From: Fimicolochytrium jonesii
Taxonomy: Eukaryota
Direction: 5' to 3'
DNA: 64,000 nucleotides
Assembly: GCF_025526975.1 (NCBI RefSeq)
Contig: NW_026515688.1
Location: 1-64,000 of the forward strand
The notes beneath the pieces were generated by a model. It was not told the DNA's origin and did not search any database. It was given only the letters and a program-made list of their open reading frames with translations. The position numbers and the translations under genes are program-made. Positions 10,138-20,786 of the stretch are shown one piece after another (position 1 is the stretch's first letter; the number at the start of each line of letters is the position of its first letter).

Positions 10138-13100
10138 CTAGCCACGGCGTCCGGATGTTGTTTTGATGTTGGCAGGCTTTGGTTGGGGTTTGTCGGGGTA
10201 CTTTTGGTGGAACTGGGCAACAAGCTCTTGACATCGGGCAAGGTGTTCCACTGGCTCCCATGTGTTCTCCGAGCTTGGCCAACCCTGCCACTTGATGAGG
10301 TACTGAAGGTGCGTGCGTCGAATACGGGAGTCAGGAATGTCTTCCACAATCCATTCCTCCTGTCCTTCGACTTCTTCTGGTGGGGTGGATTCTGGCTCAG
10401 TTCGCTCCGGAATGGTGAAACGTGTTTCAAGAAGGGAGACATGGAAGACGTTGTGAATTTTGTAGGATGGGGGAAGCTTGAGGCGATATGTGACCGAGTT
10501 GATCTTCTCCGTGATTGTGAAGGGGCCAATCTTACGGTGATCAAGTTTCTGGGAAGGTCGGAGAGTCTTGAGATTCCGCTGTAAGAGCCAGACACTGTCC
10601 CCGGGTTTCATGTCTGGGCCAGGTGCCCTCTTAGCATCGGCAAAGCGCTTCATGCGTCCTTGGGCCTCCTTGAGCTCAGTGGCAAGCTGTTCATGGATTT
10701 CCTTGAGATGGTTGGCACGGGCTTCGGCTGCAGGATTAAGGGATTCGGTTGTGGTGGCGGAAGCCAGACTGAATCGAGGATGGAACCCATAGTTGGCGTA
10801 GAAGGGGGTTGTCTGGGTGGCGGAGTGGATGGTGTTATTGTAAGAGAACTCAGCAGAAGACAAGAGTTCCTTCCAGTTATCTTGTTGATAGTTGCAAAAG
10901 CAGCGAAGGTATTGCTCAAGAATCTGATTGGTCCGCTCGGTTTGTCCATCGCTCTGGGGATGGAACGCTGATGAGAGGTTGACCTTGGTTCCCAGGAGAG
11001 CGAAGAGACGTTTCCAGAAGTGGGAGTTGAACTGGGCCACGGTCAGATACAATATCGTCGGGGAGTCCATGGAGCCGGATGACATGGTGCCAGATCAGAT
11101 CTGCAGTTGACTCAGCGGTGGCAGTTTTCCTGCACGGTACAAAGTGCGCCATCTTGGTGAACCGGCAGATGACAACGAGCACAAAATCAACCCCATCACT
11201 GGCGGGTAGATCCGTGATGAAGTCCATGGAAATTGACCCCCAGGGGCGGTCAGGGACCTGCAGGGGTTGGAGGAGTCCGTAGGGCTTGTGTCTGCTGGTC
11301 TTGGCTTGAGCACATACGTCGCAGGACCTGATGTAGGACTTGACAAAACGCCACTGGCTAGCCCACCAGTAGTTGCGTGAGATGAGCTCCAGGGTCTTTG
11401 ACATGCCGTAGTGTCCTGCCAAACGCGTGTCATGCATGTCCCGGCAGATCTCAGCACGGAGCTTGTTGGTGGGGACGTAGACAAGGTTGTCGTACAGCAG
11501 AACCCCATTTTCCTCGGAGAATCGCTTTATCCGTTCTTGGTCTTCTTGAGATTGCTGGGCAATGGGGGCCCTAAGCTGTCGCCGGATGGTTTGCGCAAAC
11601 ACATCGGATGCCAGGGCAGCTTTGATTTGGTCAAGGAGCGAGGAGTCCAGTGGGGTCAGATAAGTGGCGGCCAGGCGGAGGTGGTCAGGGGTGAGGATCG
11701 TGGTTTCCTGGGAGCGGAATGCTTCTTCCTCCTCCCTTAGCTCGTATTCAGAGCGACGAGAGAGGGCCTCAGCTTGGTGTTGCTGGGTACCAGGGCGGTA
11801 TGTGATGACAAAGTCGAAATCAGCAAAGAAGATTGACCAGCGGGATTGGCGGCGGTTGAGGGTACGGGTAGTCATGAAGTACTGGAGGTTCTTGTGGTCA
11901 CAGTAAACGATGACCTTGTGGCGGGCACCAATGAGGTGGTGTCGCCATTGAGCAAATGAGTCTTGGATAGCCAGGAGTTCCTTGTCGTAGATCTCATAGT
12001 TGATTTCCTCAGGAGTAAATTTGCGGGAGTGAAAGGCCACGGGGTGGAGTTGATCTGTGTCATCGGGTTGAAGGAGGACGGCGCCAAGGGCAAAGTCGGA
12101 GGCATCGGATTCGACAATGAAGGGCTTGTCAGGGTCGGGGTGAGTCAGGATAGGTGCGGAGGTGAAGGCTTTCTTGAGGGTTTCAAAAGCTAGGTGTGCC
12201 GCGTGGGTCCATTTGAATGGCAAGTCTTTGCAAGTGAGCGTGGTCAGGGGTGCAACGATCGCAGAGTACCCTTTGATGAATCGCCGGTAGAAGTTGGCAA
12301 AACCAAGGAAGCGCTGGATGCCTTTGACATTCGTCGGGGGTTCCCATTCGGTAATGGCAGCCGTCTTCTTTGGGTCCATGGAAATGCCTTGCTGGGAGAT
12401 GATAAACCCCAGGAACTCAACAGAGTCACGGTTGAAGTCGCATTTTTCCGGTTTCGCATACAGCCCGTGCTGGCGGAGTCGTGAGAGCACCTCTCGGACG
12501 TGGTTGGGGTGGTCTTCTGGGTTTTTTGAGAAGATCAGAATGTCGTCAAGGTAGACCACAACAAAAACGTCGAGAATGTCACGGAATATGTCGTTCATGA
12601 GGTGTTGGAATACTCCAGGGGCATTGGTGAGCCCAAACGGCATGACATTATACTCGAATAGGCCGTAGCGACATCGGAACGCTGTCTTCCATTCATCCCC
12701 TGGCCGGATCCGAAGAAGGTTGTAGGCTCCCCGGAGGTCAATCTTGGTGAGCCGGCGTGCCCCTCGAAGACGATCCATGATGCTGTTAATCAAGGGCAAG
12801 GGATAGCGATTCTTGATGGTGATATTGTTGAGTCCACGATAGTCGACGCACAGACGGAGGGAACCGTCCTTTTTCTTGACAAAGAGGACTGGGGCACCGG
12901 CGGGAGACTTGGAGTGCTTGATGAACCCCTTAGCTAGGTTCTCTTCAAGGTAGTCACAGAGTGCCTGCATTTCAGGCTCGCTGAGACTATAGATCGGGCC
13001 GAACGGTGGCTGTTTGCCCTCTTCTAAGTCGATGGGACAGTCGTAGGGTCGGTGCTCTGGGAGGGTATCCGCGTTCTTCTTGGCGAAGACGTCCGCAAAA

Positions 13101-13988
13101 TCTTGGTATTCTTCAGGAATGATGGCCTTCGGATCTTTTGGAGGAGTGGTCGCCAGGCTTGGGAATCTGACTGGTCGGATTGGCGTAGGCAATGAATGCC
13201 TGGTCATGCCTTGCCGCCACACGGAAAGCTGGGGCGCTGATAAACGATACGTGGATCGGTGTGGGTGCTGGGTCCAGTGTGTTGGGTGTCTGGGCTAGGG
13301 AGACTGAACTCTCGTCTTGATGGATACGGATCAGAGGTTCAGGGGTTTTTGAGGGCTTCGGGCTAGGTTCTGTTGGCAGGGCATCCCAGGAGGCGTATTG
13401 TCCAAAACCGCAATGGCAGCGGACGCAAAGAGTGCGAGTCTTCCAGTGTAGCTCCACATCATGGAGCTCAAACCAGGGAAGCCCCAGGATGATTGGCGCA
13501 TGCGGGGAACATGTCACATGGAATACCACCTCCTCAAAATGGTCGTTGACCCACATGCCCAAAGGTTGGGTGTGATGGGTAATGGAGCCCGCATGGCTGG
13601 GACGTCCGTCAACTAGTTCAAGCGCAATGGGGTCCTCCTTCTTGACAAGTGGGATGCGGTGCTTGCGGGCATAACTTTCATCGATGAAGCACGACATCGC
13701 ACCGGTGTCGAGTAGTGCTGAAAGCTGAACTGGAGCTCGCTGGGCCGATATCTGCAGGGTAACAGGGTACTCGAATGGTGAGGATGGGCCCAAAGTCCGC
13801 ATGGGTGAGGGTATCTCAGATAGGAGATTGGCATTGTTGGTGGTCAGGAGAAGGGTGTTGCTGGAGATGCCAGGATCGGAGCAAGGTTTTGTGGCTTCTC
13901 CCTTGGCAGTACTTGCGTGGTGAGAAAGCCCAGGACAGGTGTTGCCCAGCTGCTCGGCCTTTACTGCAGCTGGACTTGGGCAAAATCC
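10138..13988 (-). pseudogene. pol: pol polyprotein (protease, RT, RNase H, integrase, chromodomain) with two disabling frameshifts
   Basis: [25 protein letters not shown] and D-D-E motifs, chromodomain YLIKWQGWPSSENTWEP; frame changes near 13125-13190 and near 11035. Confidence 0.95.
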
Positions 13989-14887
13989 TGGATGGGTGCA
14001 GGTTCCTTAACCGCGACATTCGCCGTGCGTATCTTGTTCGGGCAGAGTTTGGCTATGTGGCCAGGTTTACCACAGTAGAGGCAAAGTTTGTTTGTGATGC
14101 GGTGTTGGCGCTCTAGCGGTGTGAGGGGTCCTCGCGGACGAGCAGCGTCAATGATCATAGGGTCGTCTGGGCGGTTGTCGGGGCTCATGAGGGTGGGGCT
14201 AGTGGTAACTGGCACATATGGCTGTCGGTTCCTGCTTCGCTCTAGACGGCGCTCAAACAATCGGTTGTCACATTGGATGGCCTGTTCCATCACGGTGTCG
14301 ATTGAGGCGGTAGGGGGCATCGTGAGCATTAAGTCCTTGACGTCTTCTTTGAGGCCGCGACGGAAGGTGGCAATCAATGCCTGGTCATTCCACAACACAT
14401 CGCATTGCAGCTGTCGGAATTCAGCTACATACTCTGTTGCTGCACGGGTTTGTCGAAGGTTCTGGAGCTTGTTTTCGGATGTGCGGATCCTGTCGCTGTC
14501 TCCAAAGACTGCTTGCATTTGCTGGATGAAATCATCCAGGTTCGTAAGGGAATGATGGTCTTGTTTGACAAGGGGCGCCAGCCAGGCCTGGGCGGTGCCA
14601 GTGAGGTAGGTGCCAATAGTTCGTATCTTGGTCTGATCGTTGGGGTAGCGCCTGGGTTGGAGGGCGAACATGAGCCGGATCTGGTTGAGGAACCCACGGA
14701 ACATGCTTCGGGTGCCATCAAATTTGTCTGGGAGACTGATTTTGGGTTCAGGGGCGTGGGTGGCAGGGGCAGTGGTCTGGGTTTGCGCTAGTTCGGCTTG
14801 TATGGTGGGATTCTGTGCTCGAAGTTCGTCAATCGCATTGCACATGGCTTGCCAGGCTTCGGCCGTGAGGGGAAGGGCGTCGGACAT
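13961..14887 (-). CDS. gag: gag with CCHC zinc knuckle
   Basis: PDKFDG, YLTGTAQAW, FRRGL and CLYCGKPGHIAKLC motifs. Confidence 0.95.
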   Translation of the reverse strand: MSDALPLTAEAWQAMCNAIDELRAQNPTIQAELAQTQTTAPATHAPEPKISLPDKFDGTRSMFRGFLNQIRLMFALQPRRYPNDQTKIRTIGTYLTGTAQAWLAPLVKQDHHSLTNLDDFIQQMQAVFGDSDRIRTSENKLQNLRQTRAATEYVAEFRQLQCDVLWNDQALIATFRRGLKEDVKDLMLTMPPTASIDTVMEQAIQCDNRLFERRLERSRNRQPYVPVTTSPTLMSPDNRPDDPMIIDAARPRGPLTPLERQHRITNKLCLYCGKPGHIAKLCPNKIRTANVAVKEPAPIQDFAQVQLQ

Positions 14888-14938
14888 GGTGATTTGGCGT
14901 GGAGGTACAGCGGGTGGGGGTTGTTGAGCAGATCAAAC

Positions 14939-15468
14939 TGTTATGAATGGGCGGAGCCGATGGAAATAGAGGCGACTTGTGGTGCAGGTTGTTGACAGGT
15001 AATGGTATTCAGACCGAAACAAGAACTAGAACAAGACTAGGAAGAACTGGTGTTGATCTGCTGGGGGATCAGGAAGTGGGGAGCTCAGGGGAGGCGGCTA
15101 TTTATGTTTTTCTGGGAAGGCTGGGGAAGCGTGGGGAAGCAGAAGGGTACGGAATGAGAGGGAAGCCAAGAGAAGCGCCAAGGGTGGGGAAGCATAGAAA
15201 CAGAAGACTGGGGATGGGGTGGCTACGCTGAGGCTGTGGGCGGGTACGTGGGGAAGTATGGAGAAGGGTTTGTAAGCGCCGAGTGTTGGGAGGTGTGGCT
15301 ATGTGCGGCTGCGTGGAGAAATGAAGGCAGTGGCAGGTGTGGGGTAGCGCGGCTGCGTGCGGCTGCGAGGTTTGGCAGATGTCAGGTTTTGACAGGGAAT
15401 TGACATTGACTGACTGTTGGGATGCTGTCATGAGGTAAGCGCATGGTATGGACGCGTCGTCCATGACA
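14939..15468 (-). repeat. 5' LTR
   Basis: TGTCATG...CATAACA termini on minus; ATAAATA box at 15099-15105. Confidence 0.97.
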
Positions 15469-17108
15469 GAAGCTCCCATTCGAGAGGAGCAAGTCCATAC
15501 TGGGCAAGCCCGGCTTCACTTCGAGTGAATACGTCAATCGAGTCACGCAACTTTTCCGCACGGATGAGCATGTGCGCTGTGGAGTTCCAGCGGGTCGGAA
15601 CATCTTGTATCAACGTCTTGGCAGTGACCTGAGGCTGAGTAAACTCCACAGTGGCACTGAAGCGCGCACGGCGCTGAGTGGACTTGGCAGAACTGCGTGC
15701 AAGTCCTCGAATGCGGGCAACAATGGGGCCAGCCTCTCCAGACTCAAAGTCCCGAGGCCCCAGCAAATTGCCAATATCCATCAAATCGGCAGTCTCAGTC
15801 GCTTCACGCTCATCACCCGTATCACCCAGCGCCTTGATGGCCGCTTGCGCCCCAAGGTTCAAGATGTGAGCAATACAGCCAAGGAGGTTGTGCGCAGGCG
15901 AAAAGTTGTCAAGTTTGCCAGAGGCGGCGAGGAAGGTTGCCATTGTATTGTTCGATGAGGCGTTATCGGCGGTAAGACAGAAAACTTTGCGTGTAATCCC
16001 GTAGTCCTCCAGAATCTGCAGCAAATGCTTCGCCTCGTTCTGCCCAGTGTGATCTCCGGCGATAACAATGGTTGCAAGCGCACGATCTTGCAATTTCCAT
16101 TGATGGTCGATCCAATGAGCCGTGACTCCCAGAATCGCTTTGTGGTTAGGCGAAGTCCACATGTCGCACGTGAGGTTGATGTTAGAGTCAACCGCGTCGA
16201 AATACTCTTTGAGGCTTTCTTTTTCTGTGAGCAGATGGCATTAGATCAGGTCTCTCTGTGCGTGGAACCAGAATATAATACCTTCAAGAAACGTGTTCAA
16301 CGTGGCTCCATGGATGGCGTCAGCACCAGTCCACATTGTCGCTACCTCTGGATTACAAAGCATCAAAAGATGGCGGAACTCGGGATACTCGACAACAGCG
16401 TATGGCAGGGCTCGTCGGGCAACCAGCTGCACCATAGCAGACTTCAGAGTGTCACGGGTGAGGGACAACGGAGGGCGGGGTTTGGTGAGGTAACCAGTGA
16501 TCGACCCAGGCTGACTGGTACCGCTGCTCGTAAGGCGATACTTTGAGGTCAAGTGACGGGCAAGACCGGAGGTACCGTGCTTGTGAGTATAGGCAAACTT
16601 TGCGCCGCAAACGCGACCAGATACACCTGCAACTTGACAAGTGACGGTGTTGGAGCCGGCGGGATCGTGCAAGAAATACTTCCACACCCAGCTTTTCTTG
16701 ATCTCTGGGTTGGGCGACGTAGGCACGGAGCCATCGCGGGACTGCTGGGTGGATATCTCGTTTTCCATATTCGCGGAAAAAAATTGACGGGCAAAACTGA
16801 CAGCTCTATAGTTCAGGGGGGCCCGTGGGCCGGGCCGGGCTTTATATATCCCAGCCCGCTACCCGGCCCGGGTGGTACCGGGCCACGGGACACCCGGGAT
16901 GGGACGCGTCCGGGACGGAGCCCTACTCGCAAGTCGCAACCGTTCCGACGCGTCTAGCAGCTCAGCTATCTCGTGGAGCACTTGGAAAGCGGGAAAGGAA
17001 CAGGAGAACTGCAGGAACAGCGTCGTCCAGCGTCTTTCCCTCTCACTCAGCTTTCACCTGCCCCTTGCCGTTCCCCCGCGTTCGCCGCCACCCTCTGCCG
17101 TCGTCGCC

Positions 17109-18500
17109 ATGGCGGCCACCTCGTCTGTTCGCTTCCCGGCCTCCTTCAGCAACGAAGTCCTGCGCTTGGTAGTCTCCTACCTCCCCTCACTGCAAGACGT
17201 CGTCAACCTTACACTTACGTGTTCGTCACTGAGTGCTTTCCAAACACCCGAAATCTTGTACAATGTTGCACGCCGGCTTTATGAGCCCACCAGCCCAGAC
17301 GGAGTCAAGAACTATAACTGGGCGGCCGGCCTCGTGAGCCAGTTCAGGATCAGCTCTCCGGAAGGCCTAAAACATTCTCTCACTATCGCAGTCCTTCACC
17401 GAATCGTTGACGACATACTACGCAACGCCAAAGCGACAATACAACTTTCTCAGTTCATATGCCGCGGACCAGATTGCGTTCCCTTACTCGACCGTATTGT
17501 CACAGAAGTGCCCCGTCGAGAGAGGCAACCCCCGAAGATGTATGCTTCTCCCGCTGCATTCCTGGAAGTGGACGAACGTACGATCGAGTGGCTTGTGTCG
17601 GCTAAGCTCTGCACCATCAAAGACGTCCTTGATTTCGCCTACAGGCATGCAAAACTTCGTACCTTTCGATTCTGCCTTCAGCAATGGGAAAGGACGCCAG
17701 CACGCCCCATGGATCAGTTGGGACAGGCTTCCCTCTCTTGGCCGAAGGGAAGCTTATTCGCAGTGGATGCTGATTGGACGGAATTCGTTAATATCCTCGT
17801 ATCAAAAGGATTTGCCATCAATGAAGATGCCCTCGCTGGCGCTTGCGGCAAAACCGAGGTCTTCAAAGTACTCCTCGAGCGGCGACGGGCTCTGGTGCCA
17901 GCAAGTCAGGAGGATTCGAGTGTGCTAACAGCTGTTATCCCCAGCGCCATTGACTGGAAGAATATGACCGTTCTCAAGCTGCTTCTCGACTACGGAGCCG
18001 ACGTCAACGGCATTCGTCGTCAGGCCGGACGAAATGCATCCGTCGATCCTCCTGCAAGCCCGTTGGAATGTGCCGTTGGAGCCGGCGCATGGGACTTTGT
18101 GGAATTTCTTCTTGAGCGCAAGGCGTCCGTAAAGTCGAGCACTTTGATGGAAGCTACTATTCGGCGGGCAAGTAGCGATGGAGGAAACCCCGAATGGGCC
18201 GTCAAGTTCTTAGACAAAGGCGCCCCTCTTAATTGGAGGACCATGACTGACGCCATGGGTTGTTCTCCGGAGATGTTCCGGGCTGTAGCAACCCACCGGA
18301 CAGGCAGACGGCTGTTGCAAAAGAAGGGAGTTCAGAGTCGCGTTGTGGGCATCGCTGCGACTGTTGGCAATGTCGACGCATTGGAACTCTTGCGCACCGA
18401 GTTGGGCATTGATTTGCGAGAATATAAGGCTGCTATAATTGGCCAAGCGAGGGAACATCTCGCTGTTGTTACCCAATACTTGGCATCGGTCGGCGTATGA
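17109..18500 (+). CDS. F-box-like N-terminus plus ankyrin-repeat protein (intronless)
   Basis: FSNEVLRLVVSYLPSLQDVVNLTLTCSSL is F-box-like; VLKLLLDYGADVN and SPLECAVGAGAWDFVEFLLERKA are ankyrin-like. Confidence 0.75.
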   Translation: MAATSSVRFPASFSNEVLRLVVSYLPSLQDVVNLTLTCSSLSAFQTPEILYNVARRLYEPTSPDGVKNYNWAAGLVSQFRISSPEGLKHSLTIAVLHRIVDDILRNAKATIQLSQFICRGPDCVPLLDRIVTEVPRRERQPPKMYASPAAFLEVDERTIEWLVSAKLCTIKDVLDFAYRHAKLRTFRFCLQQWERTPARPMDQLGQASLSWPKGSLFAVDADWTEFVNILVSKGFAINEDALAGACGKTEVFKVLLERRRALVPASQEDSSVLTAVIPSAIDWKNMTVLKLLLDYGADVNGIRRQAGRNASVDPPASPLECAVGAGAWDFVEFLLERKASVKSSTLMEATIRRASSDGGNPEWAVKFLDKGAPLNWRTMTDAMGCSPEMFRAVATHRTGRRLLQKKGVQSRVVGIAATVGNVDALELLRTELGIDLREYKAAIIGQAREHLAVVTQYLASVGV

Positions 18501-18997
18501 GGTCGGAGGGCGTAAGGGCAGAACGATTGGAGCGAGTGCGCAGGGGCACACGATTTAATCGGGACCGAACGTCTGGTCTATACTCCCCTCGGTCCCTTCG
18601 ACGCCGAATCGACGGAGCGCTGACGGAGCCTCCCCCCTTTCCCCACAAACCTAGAAACGTTATCACCGCTTCCCTAACCCTAACCCTGTAGTACAGTACA
18701 CTGAGTACAGTACCTTCAAGCACTGCGGGGCTGAAGGCGCTTCTTGCATTTAATACCGCGTTTGCTCCTCCTGACCTCCACGGACGCGGACGAAGGCTCG
18801 AAGGAGGCCGGCGGAAGGGGCGGACGTTCCCTTCCTCGACATCCCCCAACCGTCTCCTGCCTCCATGTGCTGTGAGTTGCGGACGACACTCTCCATACAG
18901 TAACCAGAGACCCTTGCCGCTGACCTTTTTGCCACCACAAAAACCATCCACGGACTTCACGGAGATTCCACACGCCTTCGATACGGAATCTGAAGCC

Positions 18998-20786
18998 ATG
19001 TCCTTACTAGACCCGCTGTCGGAGTACAAGCTGATCGTGCCCATTGCCGCTCTCCTCCTCGCATATCTCCTGCACCACGTCGTGTTTTCTTCCAAGAGGA
19101 ACCCAACGCTCCCAACCCCCAAGGGATCTCTTCCGATTGTCGGTTGTACGTTCCAGGCCTTGCACATCCTCAAGGACCAGACTCTCTCCGAGTTCTTGAA
19201 CAAGCAACAAGATGATCTGGGGCCCTTGTGGAATTTGAACACTTTCGGCGTATACACACCCATAATTTCGGATCCCGCTACCGCCAAAAGGGTGATGACG
19301 GAAACCTCCACTTTTGTCCGAGATGGTAAGACCCTAACCTTTTTTTGCGATGCGGGAGGGAGCTGCCATGACGGGTCATTCCGTGAAACATTTCAGAGCG
19401 CTGTCTTCTTTGCGAATCACAATAATTAACAAAACTTCCACAACGCTCTTCTGTCAGATACCTTCGAAATCGCCGCTACCGGCGTTCTTCGCTACGGCCT
19501 TTTCCTCATTCCGTCCGGAGATCTATGGAAAAAACACAGGAAACTGCTCCAACCCGCCTTTTCTCCCTCTCACCTTCGTCTCGGCGCCAAAGTCTCAGTT
19601 GAGAATACCGATAACCTCCTGAGCACATGGAGAAAACATTTGTCGGTCGGCAACACGGAAAGCAATGACCGCCACATTGTGATCAATTTACATCAACACC
19701 TCAGCGGCCTAGCGCTGGATATCATCGGTCAAGTGGCTTTAGGCGGTCGTCCTTTCGGTAGCGTGGGTAACCTTCCCATAAAGAATGCGAGAGGGGAAAG
19801 CTCTGGGGAGATTCCGCAGAGTTTCATCGCGTTTGAGCAAATCATGAAGACGATAGGGTCTCGTTTCGGATTGCCGCTGTGGGCATGGAAGCTGTTGAAA
19901 TTGGAGAACGATCAAGCCCAGGACGGCATTCAGTACGCCCACAACCTCGCTGCTCGGGTCGTGAAGGAAAGGCGGGAAGCGTTGAATGCGGATGGTCGCC
20001 AAAGGAAGGATCAGAAGGATTTGGATGTTTTGGACAGGGTGATCATGTCCGGGGACGCGGGGGACGCGGATGGCAGTATGTCCGATGCGGAGATAAGGGA
20101 CGAGATCCTTGGATTCATGTTGGCTGGTGAGCATCATCCGACTTTCGCCCAACAAACATTTGTTAACACTTGCAATGTTAATGCATTCTTGAAAACGCTT
20201 AGGCCATGAGACAACCTCCAATGCGTTGACTTCTATCATGGTGCACCTTATGCAGAATCCGAGGGTTTACGCCAAACTCCAATCCGAAATCAAAGCCGCC
20301 TTGCCAGACAACCAAATCCCTACATACGACACGAACCTCCCCTACGCCAATTACGTCGTGAAGGAAGGGCTGCGATTGTCACCGGCCGTCCGACTCCTCA
20401 TGCGAACGTCTACGAAACCTGTCACCGTGCTGGATCACCACTTTCAGGCGGGGACAAATTTCACGGTCAACGTTTACCACATGCAGAAGAGCAAGGCTAT
20501 CTGGGGCCAAGACGCCGAGCAGTTCGTTCCCGAGAGATGGGAAGATTCAGAGAAGGTCAAGGAGGTGGAGGCGTCTGGAGCATATTTGCCGTTCGGAGCT
20601 GGACCGATGATGTGCATCGGGCAAAAGTTGGCAGTGTTGGAGATGAAGATGGTGTTGATTAGGTGTCTGCAGAGCTTTGATTTTGAGTTGGTTCCAGGAC
20701 AGGATTTGAGGTTTACCGTCGATGATATCACCTGCGGTTTCAAAAGGGGCGTATATGTAAATGTTAAGGAGCGATTGGTGCAGTGA
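18998..20786 (+). CDS. Cytochrome P450 (3 exons: 18998-19325, 19458-20126, 20203-20786)
   Basis: N-terminal TM anchor, WKKHRKLL, AGHETT across the intron, KEGLR, PERW, heme motif FGAGPMMCIG. Confidence 0.95.

Larger units (their letters stand above)
9597..15468 (-). mobile_element. Full-length Ty3/gypsy chromovirus LTR retrotransposon
   Basis: Two LTRs of about 530 bp, TSD GAAGC (9592-9596 and 15469-15473), PPT, gene order gag-PR-RT-RH-IN-chromodomain. Confidence 0.98.
8875..16768 (-). pseudogene. hAT transposase (BED finger, DDE core, dimerisation domain), interrupted
   Basis: SWVWKYF..C..C..GTSGLARHL, LTCDMWTS, LTADNASSN, TRWNST and LSVPATSVPCEALFS motifs. Intron at 16225-16281; split by the LTR element at 9597-15468; +1 frameshift near 8925 before MEALMCLQNWL. 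Confidence 0.95.
8276..16925 (-). mobile_element. hAT-superfamily DNA transposon (about 2.77 kb once the nested LTR element is removed)
   Basis: Perfect 15-bp TIRs TAGGGCTCCGTCCCG (8276-8290 and 16911-16925), 8-bp TSD CTCGCAAG (8268-8275 and 16926-16933), subterminal CCCGG/GGGAC motifs, transposase inside. Confidence 0.97.

Noticed and set aside
9605..10595. Several ORFs over the LTRs (also 14947-15479)
   Set aside because: Incidental frames in LTR sequence or antisense to integrase.
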